The notes beneath the pieces were generated by a model. It worked only from the letters and a program-made list of their open reading frames with translations, was not told where the DNA came from and did no database searches. Source: Alphaproteobacteria bacterium (GTDB taxonomy: Bacteria; Pseudomonadota; Alphaproteobacteria; MPNO01). Taken from it: 64,000 bases of DNA. A program made the position numbers and the translations under genes. The stretch is taken from positions 1,920,001 to 1,984,000 of the forward strand of contig CBDFLJ010000002.1 of assembly GCA_965248835.1 (NCBI GenBank), read 5' to 3'. Shown here one piece after another: positions 34,116 through 42,757 of the stretch (its first letter is position 1; the number at the start of each line of letters is the position of its first letter).

Positions 34116-35318
34116 CTAATTTTCATCATATAAATCGAACAGACGGCGGTGCTCGTCCAACGCGAAACGGTCTGTCATGCCGGCGATGTAATCGGCGATA
34201 ACCCGGGCCAGCCCGTCCCCGTCCGAGGCCGCCGCTGCCCGCCGCCGCCATTCGGGGGGAAGGCAGTCGGGTTCATCGTGAAGGATGGCGAAAAGATCGC
34301 CGACCACGCGCCGCGCCTTCATCGTCATCCGGTTGACCTTCGAGTGGCGATACATGCGCTCATAGAGAAACGTTTTCAAGTGGAGGTTGGCCTCGGCCAT
34401 TTCCGGCGCGAAGGCGATGACCGGCCGGTCGAGCGAACGGACCGCATCGGCGGAGTCCGGCGCGTGTACGGCAAGGCGGCGGCGCGATTCCGCGGTCACG
34501 TCGCCGATCATGCGGTCGATCAGCCGCCGGACGGTCTCGTGGACCAGGCGTTGGCGCTCGATCTCGGGATGGCGGCCGCGGACCTCGGCGACGATCGGCC
34601 CGACCAGGGGCACCGCGCTCAGATCGTCCGGCTCAAACAGCCCGGCACGCAGCCCGTCATCGATGTCGTGGGCGTTATAGGCGATGTCGTCCGCAAGGGC
34701 GGCGGTTTGCGCCTCGGCGCCCGGCCATGTGGAAAGTTCGAGGTCGTGGAGCCGGTCGTACTCGGCGACGGCCCAGGGTAGATCCGCCGGCCCGCGGCCC
34801 CCGCCCAGCAGCGGGCCGTTGTGCTTGGCCACCCCTTCGAGGGTCTCCCAGGTCAGGTTCAGCCCGTCGAAGGCGGCGTAGCGGGCCTCGAGCGCGGTCA
34901 GCACGCGCAGCGTCTGGCCGTTATGGTCGAACCCGCCATAGGGTCCCATCGCCTGCCCGAGGGCATGCTCTCCGGCATGGCCGAACGGCGGATGGCCGAG
35001 GTCGTGGGCCAGCGCCAGCGCCTCGCTCAGGTCCTCGTCGAGCCCCAGCACACGCGCCAGCGAGCGGGCGATCTGGGCGACCTCCAGACTGTGGGTCAGC
35101 CGGGTCCGGTAATGGTCGCCTTCGTGATAGACGAAGACCTGGGTCTTGTGCTTCAGCCTGCGGAAGGCCGTCGAATGGATGATCCTGTCGCGATCGCGCT
35201 GATAGGCCGTCCGGGACCGGGTTTCTTCCTCACGGTGCCGCCGGCCCCTGGTGTCGTCTGGATGACAGGCATAACGGGCCAGCGTCCTGGACGCCGCGAA
35301 ACCGGGATCGGCGGTCAT
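34116..35318 (-). CDS. dgt: Deoxyguanosinetriphosphate triphosphohydrolase
   Basis: QRDRDRIIHS.AFRRLKHKTQV, RTRLTHSLEV, AHDLGHPPFGHAGE, DYIAGMTDRFA. Confidence 0.95.
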   Translation of the reverse strand: MTADPGFAASRTLARYACHPDDTRGRRHREEETRSRTAYQRDRDRIIHSTAFRRLKHKTQVFVYHEGDHYRTRLTHSLEVAQIARSLARVLGLDEDLSEALALAHDLGHPPFGHAGEHALGQAMGPYGGFDHNGQTLRVLTALEARYAAFDGLNLTWETLEGVAKHNGPLLGGGRGPADLPWAVAEYDRLHDLELSTWPGAEAQTAALADDIAYNAHDIDDGLRAGLFEPDDLSAVPLVGPIVAEVRGRHPEIERQRLVHETVRRLIDRMIGDVTAESRRRLAVHAPDSADAVRSLDRPVIAFAPEMAEANLHLKTFLYERMYRHSKVNRMTMKARRVVGDLFAILHDEPDCLPPEWRRRAAAASDGDGLARVIADYIAGMTDRFALDEHRRLFDLYDEN

Positions 35319-35403
35319 GCCGCCGACCCTACTCCGGCCGGCGGAACCAGGCAAACGAAACGGCCGGCCGCCGGCGGGTCTTCAACCCCGACGGGAAGCC
35401 GGC

Positions 35404-35432
35404 TTGACCGGCCCCCGCCTGCCGCCTAGATA
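35404..35432 (+). promoter_or_regulatory. Sigma70-type promoter of erpA-xth
   Basis: TTGACC-N17-TAGATA (CTTGAC-N17-CTAGAT alphaproteobacterial form), ending 6 nt before the ATG. Confidence 0.6.
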
Positions 35433-35438
35433 AGCATC

Positions 35439-35807
35439 ATGGAACACGGCCTCGCATCCGGGACCGGACCGGCAAGTCCGGTGATCACGATCAGCAATTC
35501 CGCCGTCCAGCGGGTGCGTGCCCTTGCCAAGGCCGAGGGTGGAGACGGGCTGATGCTCCGCGTCGCGGTCGGCGGCGGAGGTTGCTCGGGCTTCCAGTAC
35601 AGCTTTTCCTTCGATGATGCCGTGGGCGGCGATGACCTGGTCTTCGAGCGTGACGGCGTGCGCGTGGTGATCGACGAGGTCTCGCTGGAGTTCCTCGCCG
35701 GCTCGGAGGTCGACTACGTCGAGGAGCTGGTCGGCGCCTATTTCTCCGTGCGCAATCCCAACGCGGCATCCACCTGCGGCTGTGGTGTTTCCTTCGCGGT
35801 GGGATGA
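35439..35807 (+). CDS. erpA: Iron-sulfur cluster insertion protein ErpA (A-type carrier)
   Basis: GGGCSGFQY and NPNAASTCGCGVSF; dgt/xth context. Confidence 0.9.
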   Translation: MEHGLASGTGPASPVITISNSAVQRVRALAKAEGGDGLMLRVAVGGGGCSGFQYSFSFDDAVGGDDLVFERDGVRVVIDEVSLEFLAGSEVDYVEELVGAYFSVRNPNAASTCGCGVSFAVG

Positions 35808-36580
35808 CCAAGGTCGCCACCTGGAACGTCAATTCGGTCCGTGCGCGCCTGCCGCGGGTGCTTGAGTGGCTGGACGAATTCAAGCCCGACATCGTGCTCG
35901 CCCAGGAGCTCAAGGCAACCGAGGAAACCTTTCCCCGCGCCGCGATCGAGGATGCCGGCTACAACGTCGCGATCTGCGGCCAGAAGAACTTCAACGGCGT
36001 GGGGATCTTTGCCAAGCAGCCGATCGAGGACGTCCGGATCGGGCTGCCCGGTGAGGATACGGACGACCAGGCGCGTTATATCGAGGCTTTCGTCGGCGAT
36101 CTTCGGGTCGCCTCGATCTACCTGCCCAACGGCAATCCCGCCCCCGGCGAGAAGTTCGACTACAAGGTCCGCTGGCTGGACCGCCTGGTCGCTCATACCA
36201 AGGCGCTGCTGCAGAACGAGGAGGCGCTGATCCTGGGCGGCGACTATAACGTCGTGCCCCAGGACGAGGACTGCTACGACCCCGCCGGCTGGGCCGATGA
36301 CGCGCTGTGCCGACCGGAAAGCCGCAGCCGGTTCCGCGCGATGGTCTATCTCGGCCTCACCGACGCCTACCGCGCCTTCAATCACGCGCCCAACAGCTAC
36401 AGCTTCTGGGACTACCAGGGCGGGGCCTGGCAGAAGGATTTCGGGCTGCGGATCGACCACCTTCTGCTTTCGCCCCAGGCAGCCGATCGGCTGGTCGCCT
36501 CGGGCATCGACCGCACCCCGCGCGGCAAGGAAAAGGCCTCCGACCACACCCCCGTGTGGTGCGGAATCGCCCCGGCCTGA
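35804..36580 (+). CDS. xth: Exodeoxyribonuclease III
   Basis: ATWNVNSVRAR, QELK, YLPNGNP, GDYN, GLRIDH, SDHTPV. Confidence 0.96.
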   Translation: MTKVATWNVNSVRARLPRVLEWLDEFKPDIVLAQELKATEETFPRAAIEDAGYNVAICGQKNFNGVGIFAKQPIEDVRIGLPGEDTDDQARYIEAFVGDLRVASIYLPNGNPAPGEKFDYKVRWLDRLVAHTKALLQNEEALILGGDYNVVPQDEDCYDPAGWADDALCRPESRSRFRAMVYLGLTDAYRAFNHAPNSYSFWDYQGGAWQKDFGLRIDHLLLSPQAADRLVASGIDRTPRGKEKASDHTPVWCGIAPA

Positions 36581-36650
36581 GGTCGCGGTTCAGACGGATT
36601 TGAGACTTGGCGCTCGAAGCAGGGCGGGGCGGCGACGCGCGGCGTATTCC

Positions 36651-38102
36651 TCACTCGCCGCGCGGCAGCTTGAGATCCTCGAGCGGCGGCAAGCCGTAGC
36701 TCTGCCAATCCGCGGCCACGCCGCGCAGCGTCTCCAGCGGCGGCAGGGAGATCCCCGGATACTGCCATTTGCGTGTGGCATCGATGACCACCTTCGCGCC
36801 GGGCGACTGCCCGCCCTCGGGCGCATCGGGCCCGAAGGACGACGGATCGAGCTCGACCGCGGCGGTATGGGGGATCACCCTCAGATCGGATTCCGGCCGC
36901 ACCCGCCAGGCCAGGACCCAGTCGCGCATGAACGGGTCCTCGATGTCGACATCATCGTCGGTCACCACGATCCATTTGAAATAGCTCATGCCCATATGCC
37001 CCATGGTGCCGAACACCGCCTGATCGACATGGCCGGCATACATTTTGTTGAGCGCGATCCATAGCGTCGCGGTGCAGCCTCCGGCTTCGAGTGCGTGGAC
37101 GGCGGTGATGCCGGGGATCCTGAGGTCATCGCTCAGGTGCTTCTTGAGGCCGGCCTCGAGCAGCGAGCGCTTGATCATGCTGCTTTCCGAGGGCGGAAGC
37201 TGGCTGATCACCCCCATCAGGATCGGGTCCTTGCGGTGCGTGATGGCGGTGACCCGGAATATCGGCGCCGCCCGCCCGCCCGCCATGTAGCCGGTGAACT
37301 CGCCGAACGGCCCTTCGGGCTCGAGCCCGTCGGTCAGCACCTCGCCCTCGATGACGATCTCGGCATGCGCCGGCACTTCGAGATCGACGGTCTCGCACCT
37401 GACCATCTGGATGGCTTCGCCGCGGATGCCGCCGGCCACCGCCAGCTCGTCGGCGCCGTAGCGCGCCGGCGCGACGACATACTGGACCGGATCGCCGCCC
37501 ATGAAGATCGCTGCGGGCATGTGGCGGCCCCGGCGCTTCCATTTCTCGTAATGGATCGCGCCGCCGCGGTCGGGCGCGCCGAACAGGATGCCGGTGGTGT
37601 TCCGGCTTTTGATCTGGCAGCGCCGGATGCCGATATTGCGCCGGCCGGTATCGGGGTCCTTGGTCACCCAGAGCGGGGTCAGGTAGGGGCCGGCATCCTT
37701 GCCCGGCGTCCAGATCGGGATCGGCAGCGCGTTGAGATCGACGTCATCGCCGGTGATGACCACCTCCTTGCACGGTCCGTCCTCGACGATAACCGGCTCG
37801 ATCGGATCGGCGATCCCGGCGATGACGCGCTCATGGATCGCAGCCGAAGTCGGTTCGCAGCCGAGCGCGGTCGCGATCATCTCGCGCGAGCTTGCAACCA
37901 CGCCGGCGACCACCCGCCCCCCGGCGTAGCCCTTGATGTTGCGGAAGCCGATGCCGTAGCGGTTCTCCTCCGACATCGCGCGGAAGATCATGCGGCAGAC
38001 CGCGGAGATCTCCCAATCCTTGTCGACTTCCTTGTCGACCCAGCGCATCATTCCGCGCTGTTCCAGAACCTGGAGATATGGACGCAACCCGTCGTAGCTC
38101 AT
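36651..38102 (-). CDS. UbiD-family prFMN-dependent (de)carboxylase
   Basis: DAGPYLT, GRRNIGIRR, VPAHAEIVIEG, EGPFGEFTGY, VVTDDDVD, LDPS, IDAT. Confidence 0.93.
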   Translation of the reverse strand: MSYDGLRPYLQVLEQRGMMRWVDKEVDKDWEISAVCRMIFRAMSEENRYGIGFRNIKGYAGGRVVAGVVASSREMIATALGCEPTSAAIHERVIAGIADPIEPVIVEDGPCKEVVITGDDVDLNALPIPIWTPGKDAGPYLTPLWVTKDPDTGRRNIGIRRCQIKSRNTTGILFGAPDRGGAIHYEKWKRRGRHMPAAIFMGGDPVQYVVAPARYGADELAVAGGIRGEAIQMVRCETVDLEVPAHAEIVIEGEVLTDGLEPEGPFGEFTGYMAGGRAAPIFRVTAITHRKDPILMGVISQLPPSESSMIKRSLLEAGLKKHLSDDLRIPGITAVHALEAGGCTATLWIALNKMYAGHVDQAVFGTMGHMGMSYFKWIVVTDDDVDIEDPFMRDWVLAWRVRPESDLRVIPHTAAVELDPSSFGPDAPEGGQSPGAKVVIDATRKWQYPGISLPPLETLRGVAADWQSYGLPPLEDLKLPRGE

Positions 38103-38291
38103 CGCACTCCCCACCCGTTGCGCCGTTGCGCGAACAGCGTCCGGTATCAGGCATCGATGAACGCTAGTCGCACACATTCGTCCGGTTTTGTCCAGAAGCG
38201 CCGCAAGACCGGTCTCGCCGCGCCGGCTTGCGCACACCGCCGGCCATGCCGGCTGATCACTGCTCCAGTATCGGGGCAGGACAAACCACGC

Positions 38292-38323
38292 CAATGCATC
38301 CCCGGTGCATTGTTGGTGCATTG
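38292..38323. promoter_or_regulatory. Putative operator in the UbiD/HDO divergent intergenic region
   Basis: CAATGCA-N7-TGCATTG inverted repeat (38292-38312) plus a GGTGCATTG direct repeat at 38304 and 38315. Confidence 0.45.
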
Positions 38324-38385
38324 ATCGTCTCGCCCCGCTCGGCTATGACCCCCTGGTCGGATACCGGTGGTTCGGGGGGCAGAGG

Positions 38386-39144
38386 ATGAGCGGCGCAACG
38401 ACACGGATCGGCAAGGACACCGCGGATGCGGTGGTCGGTCTCAGAGAGACTTGGCATACCAAGAACCACCCCTTCTACGTCGAGTTCCACCAGGGCAGGA
38501 TCGGGCTCGAGCCGATGGCGGCCTTGATGGCCCAGCACTATCAGCACGTGATCCGCGCGCTGCCGAGCTTCGGGCTCATCTACGCCAAGGCACCCGCCGA
38601 GGGCCGGCGGTTCATCCTGGAAAACCTGGCCGAGGAGGAAGGCTTGATCGCCGGTCCCGGCGAGGACCGCCAGCCCCACGAGCACACCGGGCTGATCTTC
38701 CGGTTCTGCCGTCATGCTGGCATGAGCGATGACGCGGTGCGCGCCACCGAGCAGCTCCCGGCCTGGCGCGCGCGCTCGTATTTCTATCTCAACACCGCCC
38801 GCGAGGAGCCGTTCCCGGTGATCGTCGCGATGCAGGCGACCCAGGAAGGCCAGCAGCCGGCGATCAACGGCGAGCGTACGCTGCCGGCCTTCGAGAAATA
38901 TCACGGGCTGGCGCAGGACCACCCGGCAGTCGAGTTTTTCGCCGAGCATTTCATCGCCGACGCCGACCACGCGGGCCGTCAGATCGAGCTGGTCGCCCGG
39001 CTGGTCGTCAACGAGGACCTGGCCGCCCGCGCGGTCGAGGTCGCCGAGGTCGCGGTGAAGACCCGCTGGGCCTGCATGAACGATATCTACCGGACGGCCG
39101 TGCTGGGCCAGACCGACCCGCTGCCCGAAGGGGTGGCCGCGTAG
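38386..39144 (+). CDS. Heme-oxygenase-like diiron (CADD/PqqC/TenA-fold) protein, HDO-1
   Basis: NHPFY, ENLAEEEG...PHEH, QATQEGQQP, FFAEHFIADADH (HxxxDxxH), matching the CADD-type E/H/E/H/D/H ligand spacing. Confidence 0.8.
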   Translation: MSGATTRIGKDTADAVVGLRETWHTKNHPFYVEFHQGRIGLEPMAALMAQHYQHVIRALPSFGLIYAKAPAEGRRFILENLAEEEGLIAGPGEDRQPHEHTGLIFRFCRHAGMSDDAVRATEQLPAWRARSYFYLNTAREEPFPVIVAMQATQEGQQPAINGERTLPAFEKYHGLAQDHPAVEFFAEHFIADADHAGRQIELVARLVVNEDLAARAVEVAEVAVKTRWACMNDIYRTAVLGQTDPLPEGVAA

Positions 39145-39174
39145 AGCGTGCTCCGAACCGGTGCAGCCCTGAAT

Positions 39175-39489
39175 TCAGTCCCCTTCTGCGCTGCTCGGCG
39201 CGGCGTCCGGGTTCCATTGGCCCTTGCGCATGTGATTGATCTCGACCCGGTCGAACAGGCCGGCGGCGCGAAAGGGCTCGTTCTCGGAGAACGCCTCGGC
39301 CGCCGCGTGGGAAGCCACGTTGATGATCAGCACGCTGCCGATCCGGGTTCTGCCGTCCTCGGCAAGCAGTGCCCCTCCGAGGACCAGCCTGTCCTCGTGG
39401 GCATCGAGATAGGCGAAATGGGCATCGCGGGTCGCCGCGCGGATCGCCTCGCCTCCGGGCTTGTCGTGCTGATAGATGATGTAGAGCAT
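39175..39489 (-). CDS. YciI-family protein
   Basis: DKPG...R...RDAHFAYL, LGGALL, GSVLII, NEPF..AGLF. Confidence 0.88.
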   Translation of the reverse strand: MLYIIYQHDKPGGEAIRAATRDAHFAYLDAHEDRLVLGGALLAEDGRTRIGSVLIINVASHAAAEAFSENEPFRAAGLFDRVEINHMRKGQWNPDAAPSSAEGD

Positions 39490-39616
39490 CGCCGCTGCCC
39501 CGGATTGACTAGCACGGCCCAGGATCACAGGTCGTCGCGGATCCATCAAGCATTGACGTTGCCTACGCCCCGCCAATGACGACGGCGGCAAGACAACCAG
39601 ACGGGACGACGGAGCG

Positions 39617-40615
39617 ATGACGGCAGAGATCGGCGTGGTGTTCGACGGCTTCGACGATACCCGCGAGATGATGCGCCTGGCCCGGGCCGCCGAGGCCGCC
39701 GGCGCCGGAAGCCTGTGGATCGCCGAGCACATGGGCTATCGCGAGGCGATCACCGCCTGCGCGGCGATCGCGGTGGTGACCGAACGCATCCGTCTGGTCC
39801 CGACCGCTGTCAGCCCATATCTGTGGCACCCGACGCCGACGGCGATGGCACTGTCGACCCTGGCGGAGATCGCGCCTGGCCGGTGTGCGGTCGCGGTTTC
39901 GGTGGGCAACGTGATGAACCTCGCAGAGTCCGGGCAGGCGCCGGTGCGGCCGGTCGCCGCAATCGGAGGTTTCGTAAACGATCTCAGAGCGCTATGGGGC
40001 GGCACTGCGGTGAAAAGTGATGCGCCAACCTATCGGCTGGACGGCGCGCGAATGGATTTCACGACGCCCGAAACCATGCCGGTCTATGTCGCCTCGACCG
40101 GGTCGCAGGTGTTACGGCTGTCAGGCCGGATCGCCGACGGGGTGCTGCTGTCGGGCGGGCTGACGCTGGCCTCGACCCGGGCGTGTCTGGCCGAGGCCCG
40201 GGCCGGCCTGGACGCGGCCGGGCGCGATCCGGCGGCGCTGCGCCGGGCAAGCTTCATCTACTACTCGGTCTCCCCCGATGGCCGGGAGGCGGTCGAGGAC
40301 CTCAAGACCAAGCTCGCCTTCCTGTTTCGCAGCCCGCGGCACGCGGCCAACATCGCCAGCGCGGGACTGCCGATCGATCACGAGGCGATCATGGCGGCCG
40401 TGGCGCGGCGGGACCTCGACGGCGCGACGGCGTTGATCCCCGACGAGGCGATCGAGGCCTTCTGCGTCGGCGGGACGCCGGAGGCCTGCCGCACCCAGCT
40501 TGCCCGCTATGTCGAGGCCGGGCTCGACGAAGCGCTGCTCCAGATCAGCGGGACACCGCAGAACAAGGCGCTCGCGCTCAAGTTGATCGGCGCGTTCGCC
40601 CGGGACTTCGGCTGA
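39617..40615 (+). CDS. Luciferase-like (LLM class) flavin/F420-dependent oxidoreductase
   Basis: ARAAEAAG..SLWIAEH, TERIRL, HP, P.YVA..G..L.LSG.IADGV, GTPE. Confidence 0.88.
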   Translation: MTAEIGVVFDGFDDTREMMRLARAAEAAGAGSLWIAEHMGYREAITACAAIAVVTERIRLVPTAVSPYLWHPTPTAMALSTLAEIAPGRCAVAVSVGNVMNLAESGQAPVRPVAAIGGFVNDLRALWGGTAVKSDAPTYRLDGARMDFTTPETMPVYVASTGSQVLRLSGRIADGVLLSGGLTLASTRACLAEARAGLDAAGRDPAALRRASFIYYSVSPDGREAVEDLKTKLAFLFRSPRHAANIASAGLPIDHEAIMAAVARRDLDGATALIPDEAIEAFCVGGTPEACRTQLARYVEAGLDEALLQISGTPQNKALALKLIGAFARDFG

Positions 40616-40618
40616 GGC

Positions 40619-41521
40619 TCAGGCGGTGATCAGGCCGCAGCGGCGATAAGCCTCCACCGCGCCGGGATGCAGCGCCACGCCGTCGATCTCCAACCCGGCC
40701 GCGCCCTGGCTGCGCAGCGGCGCGAACAGCGCGCCCAGGCCGACGAACAGCGGGTTGAGGACAGCCAACTCCTCGTGGTGGCTGGCCATCAACCCGGCAA
40801 GAGCGCCCACGATCGCATCGGGGGTGCGCGCGTGCGTTGCGATCACGTTCAGCACGCCGATCTGCGGGCTGTCGCGGTCATGCCCGCGCAGAGCGCCGGC
40901 CCGCACCTGCGCCGGGCGGTAGAAAGGGACAGCACCGATCAGTCGGTCGAGCTGGCCGGGGCCGTAGTCGAGCACCCTGATATCGGCGGTATCGGCAAGC
41001 TCGGTCATCACGGCGTTGGGGATCGGACACTGGAACTGGACATCGATATCGCCTCGGGCGAGCGCTGCGGCGCCATCGGCGAAGTTCAGATGGACGACCT
41101 CGAACGCGTCGAACCCGATGCCCAGGACCCCGAACATGGTGGCGACGTGTTGCGCCATGCCGCCCACCTCCGGGCCGATCGAGACCCGCTTGCCGCGGAG
41201 CTGATCGACCGTCTCGATGCCCGACTCGGCCTTGGCGATGAAAAACATCGGGCCGGAATTCGCCGGTGAAACCATGCGCACCGCGATCGGGTGGCCGAAC
41301 GGCGCCTCTCCCCGGGCAGCGCGGCCGATCCAGTTGGCCGCGAGGAAGCCGAACGCGATCTCGCCCGATTCCAGATGCTCGGCGTTGCCGACGCTCGCCG
41401 CCGGGTTCGCGTGGACCACGACGTCCTCGAATATGCCTTCGCGCATGGCGATCGTGCCGATGGCTGTCGCTTCGGTATAGAAAGTCCCGTTCACTTCGGA
41501 GGTCCCGATGGTGATCGCCAT
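40619..41521 (-). CDS. TAXI-family TRAP solute-binding protein lacking a signal peptide
   Basis: ITIGT....GTFY, ASVGN, LRGKRVSIG...GG, LHPGA..Y; an in-frame TAA 18 nt upstream rules out a longer N-terminus. Confidence 0.8.
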   Translation of the reverse strand: MAITIGTSEVNGTFYTEATAIGTIAMREGIFEDVVVHANPAASVGNAEHLESGEIAFGFLAANWIGRAARGEAPFGHPIAVRMVSPANSGPMFFIAKAESGIETVDQLRGKRVSIGPEVGGMAQHVATMFGVLGIGFDAFEVVHLNFADGAAALARGDIDVQFQCPIPNAVMTELADTADIRVLDYGPGQLDRLIGAVPFYRPAQVRAGALRGHDRDSPQIGVLNVIATHARTPDAIVGALAGLMASHHEELAVLNPLFVGLGALFAPLRSQGAAGLEIDGVALHPGAVEAYRRCGLITA

Positions 41522-41549
41522 TTCGTCTCTCCCTGCTTACCGCGCCATT

Positions 41550-42722
41550 CTACGTGTTTGCACGGGCCCCCGGCAGCAGGCCTATGGCGGTCAGCCCGAG
41601 CGCGCCGAGGACACAAACGGCAAAAACGTAGAACCCCGCAGTCAAGCCGATCCCATCGACCACCGCGCCCATCGCGACCGGGACGATCATCCCGGCGACG
41701 CGGTTGACGGTCGTGCGTACCCCGATGCTCATGCCCTGCCGGTCGGCGCCGACCGACCGGGCCAGCACATAGAGCATCAGCGGAAAGGCGATGCCGGCGA
41801 CCACGCCCCAGAAGACCGCCAGTCCCAGCAGGCTCCAGAAGGTCTCGAACAGGACGACCTGGGACATGCCCAGCGTGGTCAGCGCGATCGCGACGACCAG
41901 CAGGAGGTTGGGGTCGATCCGCCGCGTCGCGAACCCGGCCGAGAGCCCGGACAGGCCCGAGATCGCCGAGCCCGTAGCCACCAGGATGCCGATCAGGGTT
42001 CCGGTCAGGCCGAGCGATTCGAGATAGACCGGATAGAAGGAATGGCGCAGCGCGTGGGTGCAGGTCATCAGGAACGAGCACGCGATGACGAATCCGACCG
42101 CCGGCGCGGTGATCATCCGGACCGCCTCGGCGTAGTCGCCGAGCCGCGGCCGCAGCGAGCCGTTACCGGCGGCAGGGGCGGCCTCGCCGGGCTGCAAGGC
42201 CACGGTCGCCAGCGCACCGGCCGACCACAGGGCGAGCACCCAGAACGCGCCGGCCGGGCCCCACAAATCCCACGCCGTCCCGCAAATCAGCGGCCCGACC
42301 AGATTGCCCGACGTCGAAACGAACGTGAACCGACCTATCAGCGCCGGGTCGTCCTGGCGCAGCCGGCTGACATGGGTCTGCGCGCCCATCCACAGCAGCC
42401 CTTGCGCAAACCCGGTCACGAGCTGGAGGACGATCAGCGCGCCCACCCAAGGCAGGACGGTATAGAGCGGGAATGCGGCCGCGGCCAGCAAGGCGGCGCC
42501 CGCCATGATCCGGTTGATCCCCAACCGGTCCATCAGCGCGCCGCCGGGGATCGACAGCACAACCGACAGGGCCGCGCGCGCACCCAGCACGAGGCCGATC
42601 ATAAACGGACTCGCACCGATTTCGATCGCCCACAGCGGGACCGCCACCGTCATCATCGGAACCAGGCCGAGGCTGAAGAATCCGCCCGCGAAGATGGCCG
42701 CACGCTGTTTCGAAAAGGCCAT
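41550..42722 (-). CDS. MFS transporter
   Basis: About 12 hydrophobic segments, motif-A-like GALMDRLG, GP..CG. Confidence 0.9.
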   Translation of the reverse strand: MAFSKQRAAIFAGGFFSLGLVPMMTVAVPLWAIEIGASPFMIGLVLGARAALSVVLSIPGGALMDRLGINRIMAGAALLAAAAFPLYTVLPWVGALIVLQLVTGFAQGLLWMGAQTHVSRLRQDDPALIGRFTFVSTSGNLVGPLICGTAWDLWGPAGAFWVLALWSAGALATVALQPGEAAPAAGNGSLRPRLGDYAEAVRMITAPAVGFVIACSFLMTCTHALRHSFYPVYLESLGLTGTLIGILVATGSAISGLSGLSAGFATRRIDPNLLLVVAIALTTLGMSQVVLFETFWSLLGLAVFWGVVAGIAFPLMLYVLARSVGADRQGMSIGVRTTVNRVAGMIVPVAMGAVVDGIGLTAGFYVFAVCVLGALGLTAIGLLPGARANT

Positions 42723-42757
42723 TGCGCGGAGTATAATCGGCCGGCCTCGCCGGGAGT

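Noticed and set aside
38386-39144. Calling HDO-1 or HDO-2 pqqC, tenA or CADD orthologues
   Set aside because: No pqq, thiamine or folate gene context. Only the fold and metal-ligand pattern are supported.
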